DNA of 64,000 nt from Candidatus Nomurabacteria bacterium (GTDB lineage Bacteria; Patescibacteriota; Minisyncoccia; Phycocordibacterales; JAACPR01), in NCBI GenBank assembly GCA_020632215.1, contig JACKFZ010000007.1:1187-65186 (forward strand), read 5' to 3'. A program made the position numbers and the translations under genes. Position 1 is the first letter of the stretch; each line of letters opens with the position of its first letter. Below, piece by piece: positions 55,844-64,000 of this stretch. The notes below the pieces were generated by a model, which worked only from the letters and a program-made list of their open reading frames with translations, did no database searches and was not told the DNA's origin.

Positions 55844-57343
55844 TTAAACTATCTTTTTTTCAAATGCTTCGATATGATCACTTTCTGCTAATTCGACTTT
55901 TGTCTCGATTGCTGCACCAAATTCGTTACCTTCTGTTACTTCCGATACTTCAACTTTTTGTGATTGTAGACCTTTTACCATACCGGTTCCAATTTCTTCA
56001 TTTCGTCGCATAATTTTTATCTTTTCTTTGACTTTCAAAATTCCTTCTTTGACTTTTCCTCCAATAACTTGAGTATTTTTTGTTTTATTAAAAATCCTTA
56101 AAATCTTTGCTGAACCTGTAATCTCTTCGGTTTCGATTCGGGGTCTTCTTTCTTCTGCAATATTTTTTAAATAATCACTAACATCGTAAATGACATCAAA
56201 TATTTTTATATCCAATCCTTCTCTTTCTTTTATAACTTCAGCTTGAGAATCTGCATCAACATGGAAGCCAATAATAATTGTGCCTTCATGAGAGCTAGCT
56301 CTTTTTGCATTGGCTTCGCTAATATTTCCAGTGCCTTGAGTGATGATGTTAAAATAAACTCCGTCAACATTTATTTTTCTAATTTCGTGAACGATGGCGT
56401 CACCACTTCCGGCCACATCAGTTTTTATAATTAAAGGAATAGCTAAACCGTTTTCATTACCAATGACATGAGAAACGCCACCTTTCTTGGGTTTATTTTC
56501 TCTATTTTCTTGGCAGTAAGCCTCAGCTTCTTTTTTGTTCTCAAAAGTTTGCACCAGACTTCCTGTTTCTGGCATGTCACTCCAACCAGAAATTAGTATT
56601 GGATTTGAGAAAGTAGCTGATTCTATTTTGTCATTTTTGTCATTTTCAATTGATCGAACAGGAGAAAAAACACAGTCGCTAGCTAAAACTTCGCCAACAT
56701 GTAGTGTCCCGTCTTTGATAACAATTGTTGCGGAGATACCTTTTTTCATATCTTTGTGTGCTTCTATAACAATACCTTCGGCTTTTTTATTTGGGTTTCC
56801 TTTTAGTTCTTCAAGTTCAACCGCTAGTAATATAAGATCAAGCAATTCATCAACATTTTGTCCTGTTTTAGCTGAGATCTCTGCGTAAGGAATATCGCCA
56901 CCTAACCCTTCGAGATATATTTCGTTTTCTATTAGACTGGTTTGTGTTTGGGGAATATTTGCTTTTGGTGAATCGATTTTGTTGATAGCAATGACAAAAG
57001 GTTTACCAGATTTTTTTATAACCTCGTAAGCCTCTAACGTTTGTGGCTTAACTCCATCTTCAGCAGATACAATCAAAACAGCGATATCGGCCACGCTCGT
57101 ACCTTTTGATCTCATGCTTCCAAAAGCTTCATGGCCTGGGGTGTCTAGAAAGGTGATAGTTTTTTCGCCATTTTCACTTTGGTGGGCGACTTCGTATGCA
57201 CCAATGTGTTGAGTAATACCACCACTTTCTTTGGCAGTAATATTAGATTTCCTAATGTAGTCGATAAGTGTGGATTTACCATGATCTATATGACCCATAA
57301 CCACTACTACAGGAGGCCGTTCTTGAAGAGTTTCCTTTGTCAT
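55844..57343 (-). CDS. infB: translation initiation factor IF-2, short form lacking N-terminal domains
   Basis: 'VVVVMGHIDHGKSTLIDYIR', 'DTPGHEAF', 'NKID'; 499 aa only; no nusA upstream. Confidence 0.9.
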   Translation of the reverse strand: MTKETLQERPPVVVVMGHIDHGKSTLIDYIRKSNITAKESGGITQHIGAYEVAHQSENGEKTITFLDTPGHEAFGSMRSKGTSVADIAVLIVSAEDGVKPQTLEAYEVIKKSGKPFVIAINKIDSPKANIPQTQTSLIENEIYLEGLGGDIPYAEISAKTGQNVDELLDLILLAVELEELKGNPNKKAEGIVIEAHKDMKKGISATIVIKDGTLHVGEVLASDCVFSPVRSIENDKNDKIESATFSNPILISGWSDMPETGSLVQTFENKKEAEAYCQENRENKPKKGGVSHVIGNENGLAIPLIIKTDVAGSGDAIVHEIRKINVDGVYFNIITQGTGNISEANAKRASSHEGTIIIGFHVDADSQAEVIKEREGLDIKIFDVIYDVSDYLKNIAEERRPRIETEEITGSAKILRIFNKTKNTQVIGGKVKEGILKVKEKIKIMRRNEEIGTGMVKGLQSQKVEVSEVTEGNEFGAAIETKVELAESDHIEAFEKKIV

Positions 57344-57750
57344 AGGGAGTAGTTAACCATAAAAAAACTAAAAATACAAAGGTGATTTCGTTAATCCATC
57401 GTCTTCCTGCCGCGTCAGACGCGGTCAGGATCTCGTTTAACTTTAGGTACTAATTTTAATTTAAATGATAAAATTACAGATGAAATTACTCTAAAAAAAG
57501 TTTTTAATTTTAATTTAAAGACATCTCATTTTGTTTTGTTTATAAGTTAATGTTCTTATTTTTTATAAGAGGAAGGAGAAAGATAGCTTTAGAAAGTCGG
57601 ATATTTTCGGGGGAGATGGAGTGAAATAATCCAACAACGTCTTTTGTTTCCGTATAGTGCTGTAACTTTCAGAACTCATGTGCCCACGGAAAGTCTAAGA
57701 CCTAGGCTCCTGTGGGTTATTCTTTTTTATAGTGGGTTATTCTTTTTGAT

Positions 57751-57873
57751 AAAAAAAATAAAAAATTTGCACAATATTCCCACCCCTTATTGGGTGGGGG
57801 CTTGCCGCTTACCACTCCCGAACCAGAGCAAAGGTCGGTTCGGGACTAATCCAGAACTAAGCTCCGCTTTAGT
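57751..57873. repeat. full copy of the dispersed repeat family, inverted relative to the 53604 copy
   Basis: Its reverse complement 'CTAGCCCAGAACTAAAGCGGAGCTTAGTTCTGGATTAGTCCCGAACCGACCTTTGCTCTGGTTCGGGAGTGGTAAGCGGCAAGCCCCCACCCAATAAGGGGTGGG' aligns at about 85% with 53604-53720. Confidence 0.65.
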
Positions 57874-57943
57874 TCTGGGCTAGTCTGAGCATAACATATT
57901 CATTCTCAAGAAACATAAAAGAAAAGTTAAAGAAAAAATGAAA

Positions 57944-58429
57944 TTAATTTTTCATCTCCAATATAGCTTTTTCCAAAGCTTCTTTCTCTTCGTCTGTTAG
58001 TGAAACTGAAGCCCTAAAGTTTTTAATTTCTTTGGAAAAAACATTTACTCGGTCTCTTGAGTGAAGAGTGGAGAGGATAAGTCCATCACCTTTTTCATTT
58101 AATAATGCAATTGCGAAACTTTGATGCCCTCCAGAATCTAAACCACTAAAAGCTTTGAAGTTAATATTTTTTAATCCCTGAATACTTCTCGATAATCTTT
58201 GTTCAACTTTTTTTAGATAACTCTCGACATCAGATCTAAAAGAGTCAAATCCACGAATATCTTTTTCTATAGATTTTAGAGCATCTTCAATGGATCCACC
58301 TTTTTCTCCACGAGTTAGTTTTTTAATTCTTATTTCCAAACGAATAATCCAAGCAAAAAGAATTATCAATAAAACCAATAGAATATAGGTTGCTAAGGGT
58401 ATATAATCGATGATAAGGTTTGAATCCAT
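57944..58429 (-). CDS. hypothetical membrane-anchored protein
   Basis: 161 aa with N-terminal TM helix 'LATYILLVLLIILFAWII'. Confidence 0.3.
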   Translation of the reverse strand: MDSNLIIDYIPLATYILLVLLIILFAWIIRLEIRIKKLTRGEKGGSIEDALKSIEKDIRGFDSFRSDVESYLKKVEQRLSRSIQGLKNINFKAFSGLDSGGHQSFAIALLNEKGDGLILSTLHSRDRVNVFSKEIKNFRASVSLTDEEKEALEKAILEMKN

Positions 58430-58459
58430 AATATTTCGAGATTTCGAAATTATACAAAA

Positions 58460-59683
58460 ATGTTTAGCTTTTCTAAAAAAAGAAATACACAGTTTGGGAA
58501 AAGGTCGTCTGAACGAATTTTTTTAGACTATGCCTCCACAACGCCAGTTGACCAAAAAGTTTTTGAAAAAATGAAGCCATTTTTCAGTCATAATTTTTTT
58601 AATCCGGCAGCTCTTTATAACGAAGCTATTTCTATAAAAAAGATAATCAACGACTATAGGATTAAATTGGCAAAATTATTACAGGTTAAAGATAATGAAA
58701 TATATTTTACATCAGGGGGGACAGAGAGTAACAACATCGCATTGCTAGGAATTTTTAATTTTTATAAAAATAAAATTAATAATCCACATTTCATAATTAG
58801 TAAAATAGAACATCCTTCTATTATAGAGACAATCAAATTTATTGAAAAAAAGGGAGGGGAAGTTTCTATGATAGGAGTCAATATCGAAGGAATTATTGAT
58901 TTAGAACAATTGAAGAATTCCTTGCAAGAAAATACTGTATTAGTTTCCATAATTTACGCCAACAATGAAATAGGTGTTGTGCAACCAGTTTCAAAAATTT
59001 CTCGTATTATCAAAAAATATAAAAAAGAAAAATCTATTTCAGAAAATTCGGCTCCATTTTTACATACGGACGCATCCCAGGCTCCAGTTTATCTGGATTG
59101 TAATTGTGATCACTTGAAAGTAGACATGATGACTTTGGATGGTTCAAAAATCTATGGACCAAAAGGTTCTGGTTGTCTAATCAAAAAAAGCTATGTGGAG
59201 ATAGAAAATATTAATTTTGGTGGTGGGCAAGAAAAAGGTTTGAGATCTGGAACAGAAAATGTGCCGATGATAGTTGGTTTTTCTGAAGCTTTTATGAATG
59301 CTCAAAATGATTTCAAAAAAGAAAGCCGAAAAGTTTCTGAAATGAGAAATTATTTTGCTGAAGAATTAAAAAAAGAGCTTCCGGATATTTCCATTAATGG
59401 AAGTACAGAACATAGAATTGCTAATAATTTAAATATTTGTCTTGAAGGTGTGGATGCAGAATTTACAGTGATCAAGTTGGATCAGGAAGGTCTGGCATGT
59501 GCATACACCACTGCTTGTAAGACTTTAGGTGATGAAAGTAAGTCATACGTAGTAGAAGCTTTGAATAATGGTAATTGCGAAGCATCATCTCTGAGATTTA
59601 GTCTTGGTAGAGAGACTGATAAAAGTGAATTAAAAAAAGCTGTAAAAATAATAAAGAAAGTTTTAAATTCAGTAAAGAAATAA
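58460..59683 (+). CDS. cysteine desulfurase (class V aminotransferase, IscS/NifS-like)
   Basis: 'IFLDYASTTP', 'TSGGTESNN', PLP-lysine region 'LHTDASQA', 'LRSGTENVP'. Confidence 0.85.
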   Translation: MFSFSKKRNTQFGKRSSERIFLDYASTTPVDQKVFEKMKPFFSHNFFNPAALYNEAISIKKIINDYRIKLAKLLQVKDNEIYFTSGGTESNNIALLGIFNFYKNKINNPHFIISKIEHPSIIETIKFIEKKGGEVSMIGVNIEGIIDLEQLKNSLQENTVLVSIIYANNEIGVVQPVSKISRIIKKYKKEKSISENSAPFLHTDASQAPVYLDCNCDHLKVDMMTLDGSKIYGPKGSGCLIKKSYVEIENINFGGGQEKGLRSGTENVPMIVGFSEAFMNAQNDFKKESRKVSEMRNYFAEELKKELPDISINGSTEHRIANNLNICLEGVDAEFTVIKLDQEGLACAYTTACKTLGDESKSYVVEALNNGNCEASSLRFSLGRETDKSELKKAVKIIKKVLNSVKK

Positions 59684-59688
59684 TTGCT

Positions 59689-60534
59689 TTGACTCCTCAA
59701 ATCAATTATACTAACTATATTATGGAGGACTTGAACAAGCAGCAAATAGTCTTACTCTGTCTCTTTGTTGCCTTTTTTACATCTATTGTAACGGGTATTA
59801 CGACTGTATCTCTCTTGGATCAAGAACCACAAGCTGTTTCTCAAACAATCAATCGTGTTGTCGAAAAAACTATTGAACGAGTGGTAGAAGAACCTGCTAC
59901 GGAAGATAAGCCAGCTGTCGAACGAGTAGTTGAAACTGTTATTGTTAATCAAGAAGATTTAACAACATCCGCAGTTCAAGACAACACATCTGCTCTAGTG
60001 CGTATATATAGTGTTGACAATCAAAACAATAAAACTTTCGCAGGACTAGGTTTCGTGGTCGACACTACTGGTCTAATAGTGACAGATGCAGCAGTGGGCG
60101 AATCTAGTAATGTTGCGGGAACAATCAGCGGTGTTGATTATAAGTTAAAATTAGAAAAACAAGGAGAACGATTTAATCTATTGTCGATACAAGAAGTTGA
60201 AGATGGAAAAACATTTTCAAAAGTATCTTTTGCTAATGTGCAGAATGTTAAGTTGGCACAGTCAGTCATATTATTATCTGGTAGAGAAAGCAACATAGTT
60301 TCTTCTGGAATCGTGACAAACATAACTTCTGCTAACCAAAAAGTAGAAGGATCTGACACATCACAAACAATTATTACAGGAATTGAAACTTCGGTTGAGT
60401 CAAACAAAATTATAAGGGGTAGTGTCATTTTGAACCTACAAGGGGAAGTCTTGGGAATGTGGGGAGGTACAGATATTGCTTCTAATGTCTTCTTCACATC
60501 AAATAGTATTCAGACTTTTTTGAAAGGGGAATAG
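59689..60534 (+). CDS. membrane-anchored protein with trypsin-like (HtrA-like) fold; catalytic triad apparently not conserved
   Basis: N-terminal TM helix; 'GLGFVVDTTGLIVTDAAV' and 'RGSVILNLQGEVLGMWGG' resemble S1C protease segments, but His and the GNSGG serine box are altered. Confidence 0.4.
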   Translation: MTPQINYTNYIMEDLNKQQIVLLCLFVAFFTSIVTGITTVSLLDQEPQAVSQTINRVVEKTIERVVEEPATEDKPAVERVVETVIVNQEDLTTSAVQDNTSALVRIYSVDNQNNKTFAGLGFVVDTTGLIVTDAAVGESSNVAGTISGVDYKLKLEKQGERFNLLSIQEVEDGKTFSKVSFANVQNVKLAQSVILLSGRESNIVSSGIVTNITSANQKVEGSDTSQTIITGIETSVESNKIIRGSVILNLQGEVLGMWGGTDIASNVFFTSNSIQTFLKGE

Positions 60535-60622
60535 TTTTTAACTTGAAATTAAAAGTTAAAAATTGAAAGTTATGATTTTATATCTTTACAAAATTAAAAA
60601 TTAATTGTATTTTATTGAAATT

Positions 60623-63310
60623 ATGCCACCATTTAAAAATTTCACTACAAAAGCTAGAGATGCAATCAGACAAGCTCATGAACTGGCAGTTGAAAGAGGT
60701 CAAAATCATGTTAATCCTCTTCACCTTCTAACGGCACTCATTTTACAAGAAGAGAGTTTGGTTTCTTCAATTTTGGATAAATTAAATATAGATACTATTT
60801 TACTAACAGATTCCTTGCTGGATTTAATAGAATCACCAGAAGGTACTCAAACTCTTTCTCCTTCTTATCAAATATATTTGGCTCCAGAGTTGGCTCAGGC
60901 TATAGAATATTCAACGAGAGTGGCTCAAGAGTTGCAAGATGAATTTGTATCAACTGAACATCTATTCATCGCTCTGTTCGATGTACCTGGTCACGCAAAA
61001 GAACTACTGGGTAAGTTTAGAATTGATAAAAACGATATTCTAGATATTCTACAAGAATTGAAAAAGAACAAGGGTGCAATGTTAGAAGGAAGAAAAGTGT
61101 TAAAATCTCTTCAAAAATATACGATTAGTCTAACAAAAAAAGCTGCAGAAAATAAATTGGACCCTGTCATTGGTCGAGATAGAGAAATCAATAGAATCGT
61201 GCAGATTCTTTCTCGAAGAACAAAAAACAATCCAATTTTAATAGGAGAAGCTGGGGTGGGGAAAACTGCCATTGTTGAAGGTTTAGCAAATAGAATTGTT
61301 CAAGGTGATGTTCCAGAATCATTAAAAGGTAAGGAATTGGTTTCTTTGGATCTTGGTGCATTGGTAGCAGGTACAAAATATCGAGGTGAATTTGAAGATC
61401 GGCTTAAAAAGATTTTAAAAGAAGTAAAAAATGCTGATGGCAAAATAATTTTGTTTATTGATGAGATACATACCATTGCTGGAGCGGGAGCAGCAGAAGG
61501 ATCTCTGGATGCATCAAATATGTTGAAGCCAGCTTTGGCGCGAGGAGAATTGAAAGCAATCGGAGCGACGACTTTGAAAGAGTATCAGAAGCATATAGAA
61601 AAAGATGCTGCTTTGACTAGACGCTTTCAACCAGTTTTTGTTAGTGAACCGACGGTTGAGGACGCAATTTCTATATTGAGAGGTATCAAAGAAAAATACG
61701 AACTTTACCATGGAGTTAGAATTACTGATGATGCAATTATTTCTGCTGTTAATCTAAGTGTTAGATATTTACCAGATAGACAGTTGCCCGACAAAGCTGT
61801 AGACCTTATCGATGAAGCTGCTTCGAGTTTAAAGATTTCTCTAGAGAATATGCCAGAAGAACTTGAGGATGCAAGAAGGAAAATAATGAGATTAGAGATT
61901 GAAAAAGAAGCTTTGAAAAATGAGACAAAGAAAACTACAAAGATTGCTAATAGACTAAAGAAGGTTGAAAAGAATATTGCAGATCTAAAAGAGAATACCA
62001 GCGAGCTTGAACTTAGATGGAAAAATGAAAAGGAGGCAATTTCTAAAATTAAGGAATTAAAAGAAGAGATGGAAGATTTGCGCGTTGAAGCGGAATCAGC
62101 TCAAAGTGCTTCTGATTTAGCTAAAGCGGCAGAAATCAGATATGGAACTATTCCTCAAGTTGAAAAAGAGTTAAGAGCAGAAGAAAAGAAATTAAAACAA
62201 TTACAAAGCTCTAGACGAATTTTGAGAGAAGAAGTTACTAATGAAGATATTGCCACCATTGTAGCTAGATGGACAGGTATTCCTGTCGAGAGAATGTTGG
62301 AAGAAGAAGTGTCTAAGTTAGCTAGGATTGAAAAAGAATTAAAGAAGAGAATTATTGGACAAGACGATGCTGTAAAAAGAGTTGCTGATACAGTTAGAAG
62401 ATCTCGTGCTGGTATCTCTGATCCAAACAGACCTATGGGATCTTTTATTTTCTTAGGACCAACAGGAGTTGGAAAAACAGAATTAACCAAAGCTTTGGCT
62501 GAGTTTATGTTTGATGATGATAATGCCTTGATTAGAGTGGATATGTCAGAATTTATGGAGAGACATGCTATTTCAAAGCTTATAGGAGCTCCTCCTGGGT
62601 ATGTTGGACATGAAGAAGGGGGAAACTTAACAGAGAGAATCAGACATCGGCCTTACTCCGTCATCTTATTTGATGAAATAGAAAAAGCTCATCCAGAAGT
62701 CTTTAATATTCTTTTGCAGGTTCTAGATAATGGAAGATTAACAGATGCCAAAGGTAGAACTGTTAATTTTAAAAATTCTATTATCATTTTGACTTCTAAT
62801 ATTGGCGCTGAGCATATTGATAAAATGGAAAAGATTGGTTTTGCAGATTCTAAGTCTGAAAAAGCTCAATATACAGAAACAAAAAACAATGTAGAGAAAG
62901 CTTTAAAAGATCACTTTAGACCAGAATTTTTGAACAGATTGGATGATGTGATTATCTTCGACATACTTGGGCAAGATGCAATCAAGAAAATCGTTTCTAT
63001 TCAGATTGATGAAGTTGTCAATCGTCTTGCAGATAAGGGCATCAAATTGAAAGCAACCAAACAAGTTTTTGATTTTCTAGCCAATGAAGGATATGACCCG
63101 CATTATGGAGCAAGACCTCTAAGACGGTTAATTCAAAATAAAATACTAAATGCTGTTGCTCAACTAATTATTGTAAAAGGAATCAAGGAAGGAGATGCTA
63201 TCACTGTAGGTTTACGTAATAAAGAGTTTACTTTCGATCTTAAAAAGAAAGGGAAGAAATCATCATTAATGCGAGAAAGGGATTTGAGTGAGGATGTTTT
63301 GGTATCGTAG
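60623..63310 (+). CDS. clpB: chaperone ClpB (two AAA+ modules with M-domain coiled coil)
   Basis: Clp N-domain, Walker A 'GEAGVGKTA' and 'GPTGVGKTE', long coiled coil between the NBDs. The track ORF starts at TTG 60605; the first ATG is at 60623. Confidence 0.9.
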   Translation: MPPFKNFTTKARDAIRQAHELAVERGQNHVNPLHLLTALILQEESLVSSILDKLNIDTILLTDSLLDLIESPEGTQTLSPSYQIYLAPELAQAIEYSTRVAQELQDEFVSTEHLFIALFDVPGHAKELLGKFRIDKNDILDILQELKKNKGAMLEGRKVLKSLQKYTISLTKKAAENKLDPVIGRDREINRIVQILSRRTKNNPILIGEAGVGKTAIVEGLANRIVQGDVPESLKGKELVSLDLGALVAGTKYRGEFEDRLKKILKEVKNADGKIILFIDEIHTIAGAGAAEGSLDASNMLKPALARGELKAIGATTLKEYQKHIEKDAALTRRFQPVFVSEPTVEDAISILRGIKEKYELYHGVRITDDAIISAVNLSVRYLPDRQLPDKAVDLIDEAASSLKISLENMPEELEDARRKIMRLEIEKEALKNETKKTTKIANRLKKVEKNIADLKENTSELELRWKNEKEAISKIKELKEEMEDLRVEAESAQSASDLAKAAEIRYGTIPQVEKELRAEEKKLKQLQSSRRILREEVTNEDIATIVARWTGIPVERMLEEEVSKLARIEKELKKRIIGQDDAVKRVADTVRRSRAGISDPNRPMGSFIFLGPTGVGKTELTKALAEFMFDDDNALIRVDMSEFMERHAISKLIGAPPGYVGHEEGGNLTERIRHRPYSVILFDEIEKAHPEVFNILLQVLDNGRLTDAKGRTVNFKNSIIILTSNIGAEHIDKMEKIGFADSKSEKAQYTETKNNVEKALKDHFRPEFLNRLDDVIIFDILGQDAIKKIVSIQIDEVVNRLADKGIKLKATKQVFDFLANEGYDPHYGARPLRRLIQNKILNAVAQLIIVKGIKEGDAITVGLRNKEFTFDLKKKGKKSSLMRERDLSEDVLVS

Positions 63311-63426
63311 AATACACTTGTCATATTTCGAATAAAAGTTAATATGGCCACTAGAACATGATCATTGATAGATCGTGATTCTTAGATTTCACTAAAACAA
63401 CAACCACAACACGGAAAGGTAAAACC

Positions 63427-64000
63427 ATGAAATATCGTTCTACTCGCGGAAACACCGAGTTCACTTTTCTCGAGGTTCTGCTTCAGGGCTTGGCACCGGA
63501 TGGAGGACTTTTTGTTCCTCAGTACTATCCGGCAATCGGCCATATTCTCGAAGAGATGAGAGGATGGAGCTACTGGAAGGTGGCTGAGTACATCATCGGT
63601 CTCTTCGTTGGTCTCGACATGACCAGTAAAGAAATTCAGAAGATTGTTCGGACTACCTATGCTCGAAAGAAGTTTGGTCGGGATATCGTCCCAATCAAAG
63701 ATCTCGGCAACCGAATGGCTCTGCTGGGTTTGTCTGAAGGACCTACATCGGCCTTTAAAGACATGGCCCTTCAACTCCTTGGTTCTCTGATGGAACATGC
63801 ACTGGACAAGGAGGGAAGAACCCTTAATCTTCTGGGAGCCACTTCTGGTGATACTGGATCTGCCGCCGAAGAAAGCATTCGTGGACGGCGTGGGATGAAT
63901 ATCTTCATGTTGTCTCCGAGTGGAGAGAGGATGACCCCTATCCAAAGAGCCCAGATGTGGACTATTAATGCTCCGAATGTTCACAATCTGGTTGCAGATG
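63427..64000 (+). CDS. thrC: threonine synthase, 5' portion; the ORF runs off the window end; GC-rich
   Basis: 'MKYRSTRGNTEFTFLEVLLQGLAPDGGLFVP', PLP site 'SAFKDMALQLLG', 'LLGATSGDTGSAA'. Not listed in the ORF track because it has no stop in the window; the minus ORF 63382..63984 is its antisense artefact. Confidence 0.85.
   Translation, partial: MKYRSTRGNTEFTFLEVLLQGLAPDGGLFVPQYYPAIGHILEEMRGWSYWKVAEYIIGLFVGLDMTSKEIQKIVRTTYARKKFGRDIVPIKDLGNRMALLGLSEGPTSAFKDMALQLLGSLMEHALDKEGRTLNLLGATSGDTGSAAEESIRGRRGMNIFMLSPSGERMTPIQRAQMWTINAPNVHNLVAD

Noticed and set aside
63382-63984. 200-aa minus-strand ORF from the track
   Set aside because: It is the antisense of a clear plus-strand threonine synthase reading frame (63427 to the window end) that has hallmark ThrC motifs. 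The minus-strand product has no recognisable features.

Overview
This 64-kb window looks like chromosome from a low-GC, gene-dense, streamlined bacterium. The gene content resembles Candidate Phyla Radiation/Patescibacteria: short IF2 and ValRS, an rpsA with four S1 domains, arrays of VirB2/TrbC-like pilins, and a cytoplasmic VirD4/TraG-like ATPase. The standard genetic code appears to be used.

Most of the window is housekeeping genes: msrB, DsbB-like, murJ, lepA, valS, tsaC, tsaD, ftsA-ftsZ, ybeY, rpsU, lepB, pth, rpsA, gyrA, trxB, rbfA-infB, a cysteine desulfurase, clpB, and a 3'-partial thrC running off the window end. Non-coding genes I can support are RNase P RNA (rnpB, bacterial type A) and eight tRNAs: Arg-CCT, Phe-GAA, Val-GAC, Glu-TTC, Leu-TAG, Lys-CTT, Leu-TAA and Cys-GCA.

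The accessory and unusual content, in rough order of interest:
- A tRNA-Glu-anchored array of four small ORFs (plus a downstream stand-alone GGDEF gene). The units are separated by conserved repeats whose ends mimic the tRNA-Glu 3' terminus, which looks like serial site-specific insertion.
- Tandem pseudo-tRNA repeat arrays at the tRNA-Phe and tRNA-Leu(TAA) loci.
- Seven tandem pilin-like paralogues.
- A ~110-bp dispersed hairpin-rich repeat family with four copies. Two of them form inverted repeats bracketing a 4.2-kb tRNA/LAGLIDADG/rbfA-infB segment.
- A second short palindromic repeat family (GACATCAGA) at three loci.
- Several islands whose GC content is clearly higher than the surroundings by eye: a second YrdC paralogue, an SPFH plus NfeD-like pair, and thrC.
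- Two GC-rich non-coding regions (~900 bp and ~350 bp) with long-range stems that may be structured RNAs.

No CRISPR array and no rRNA were seen.
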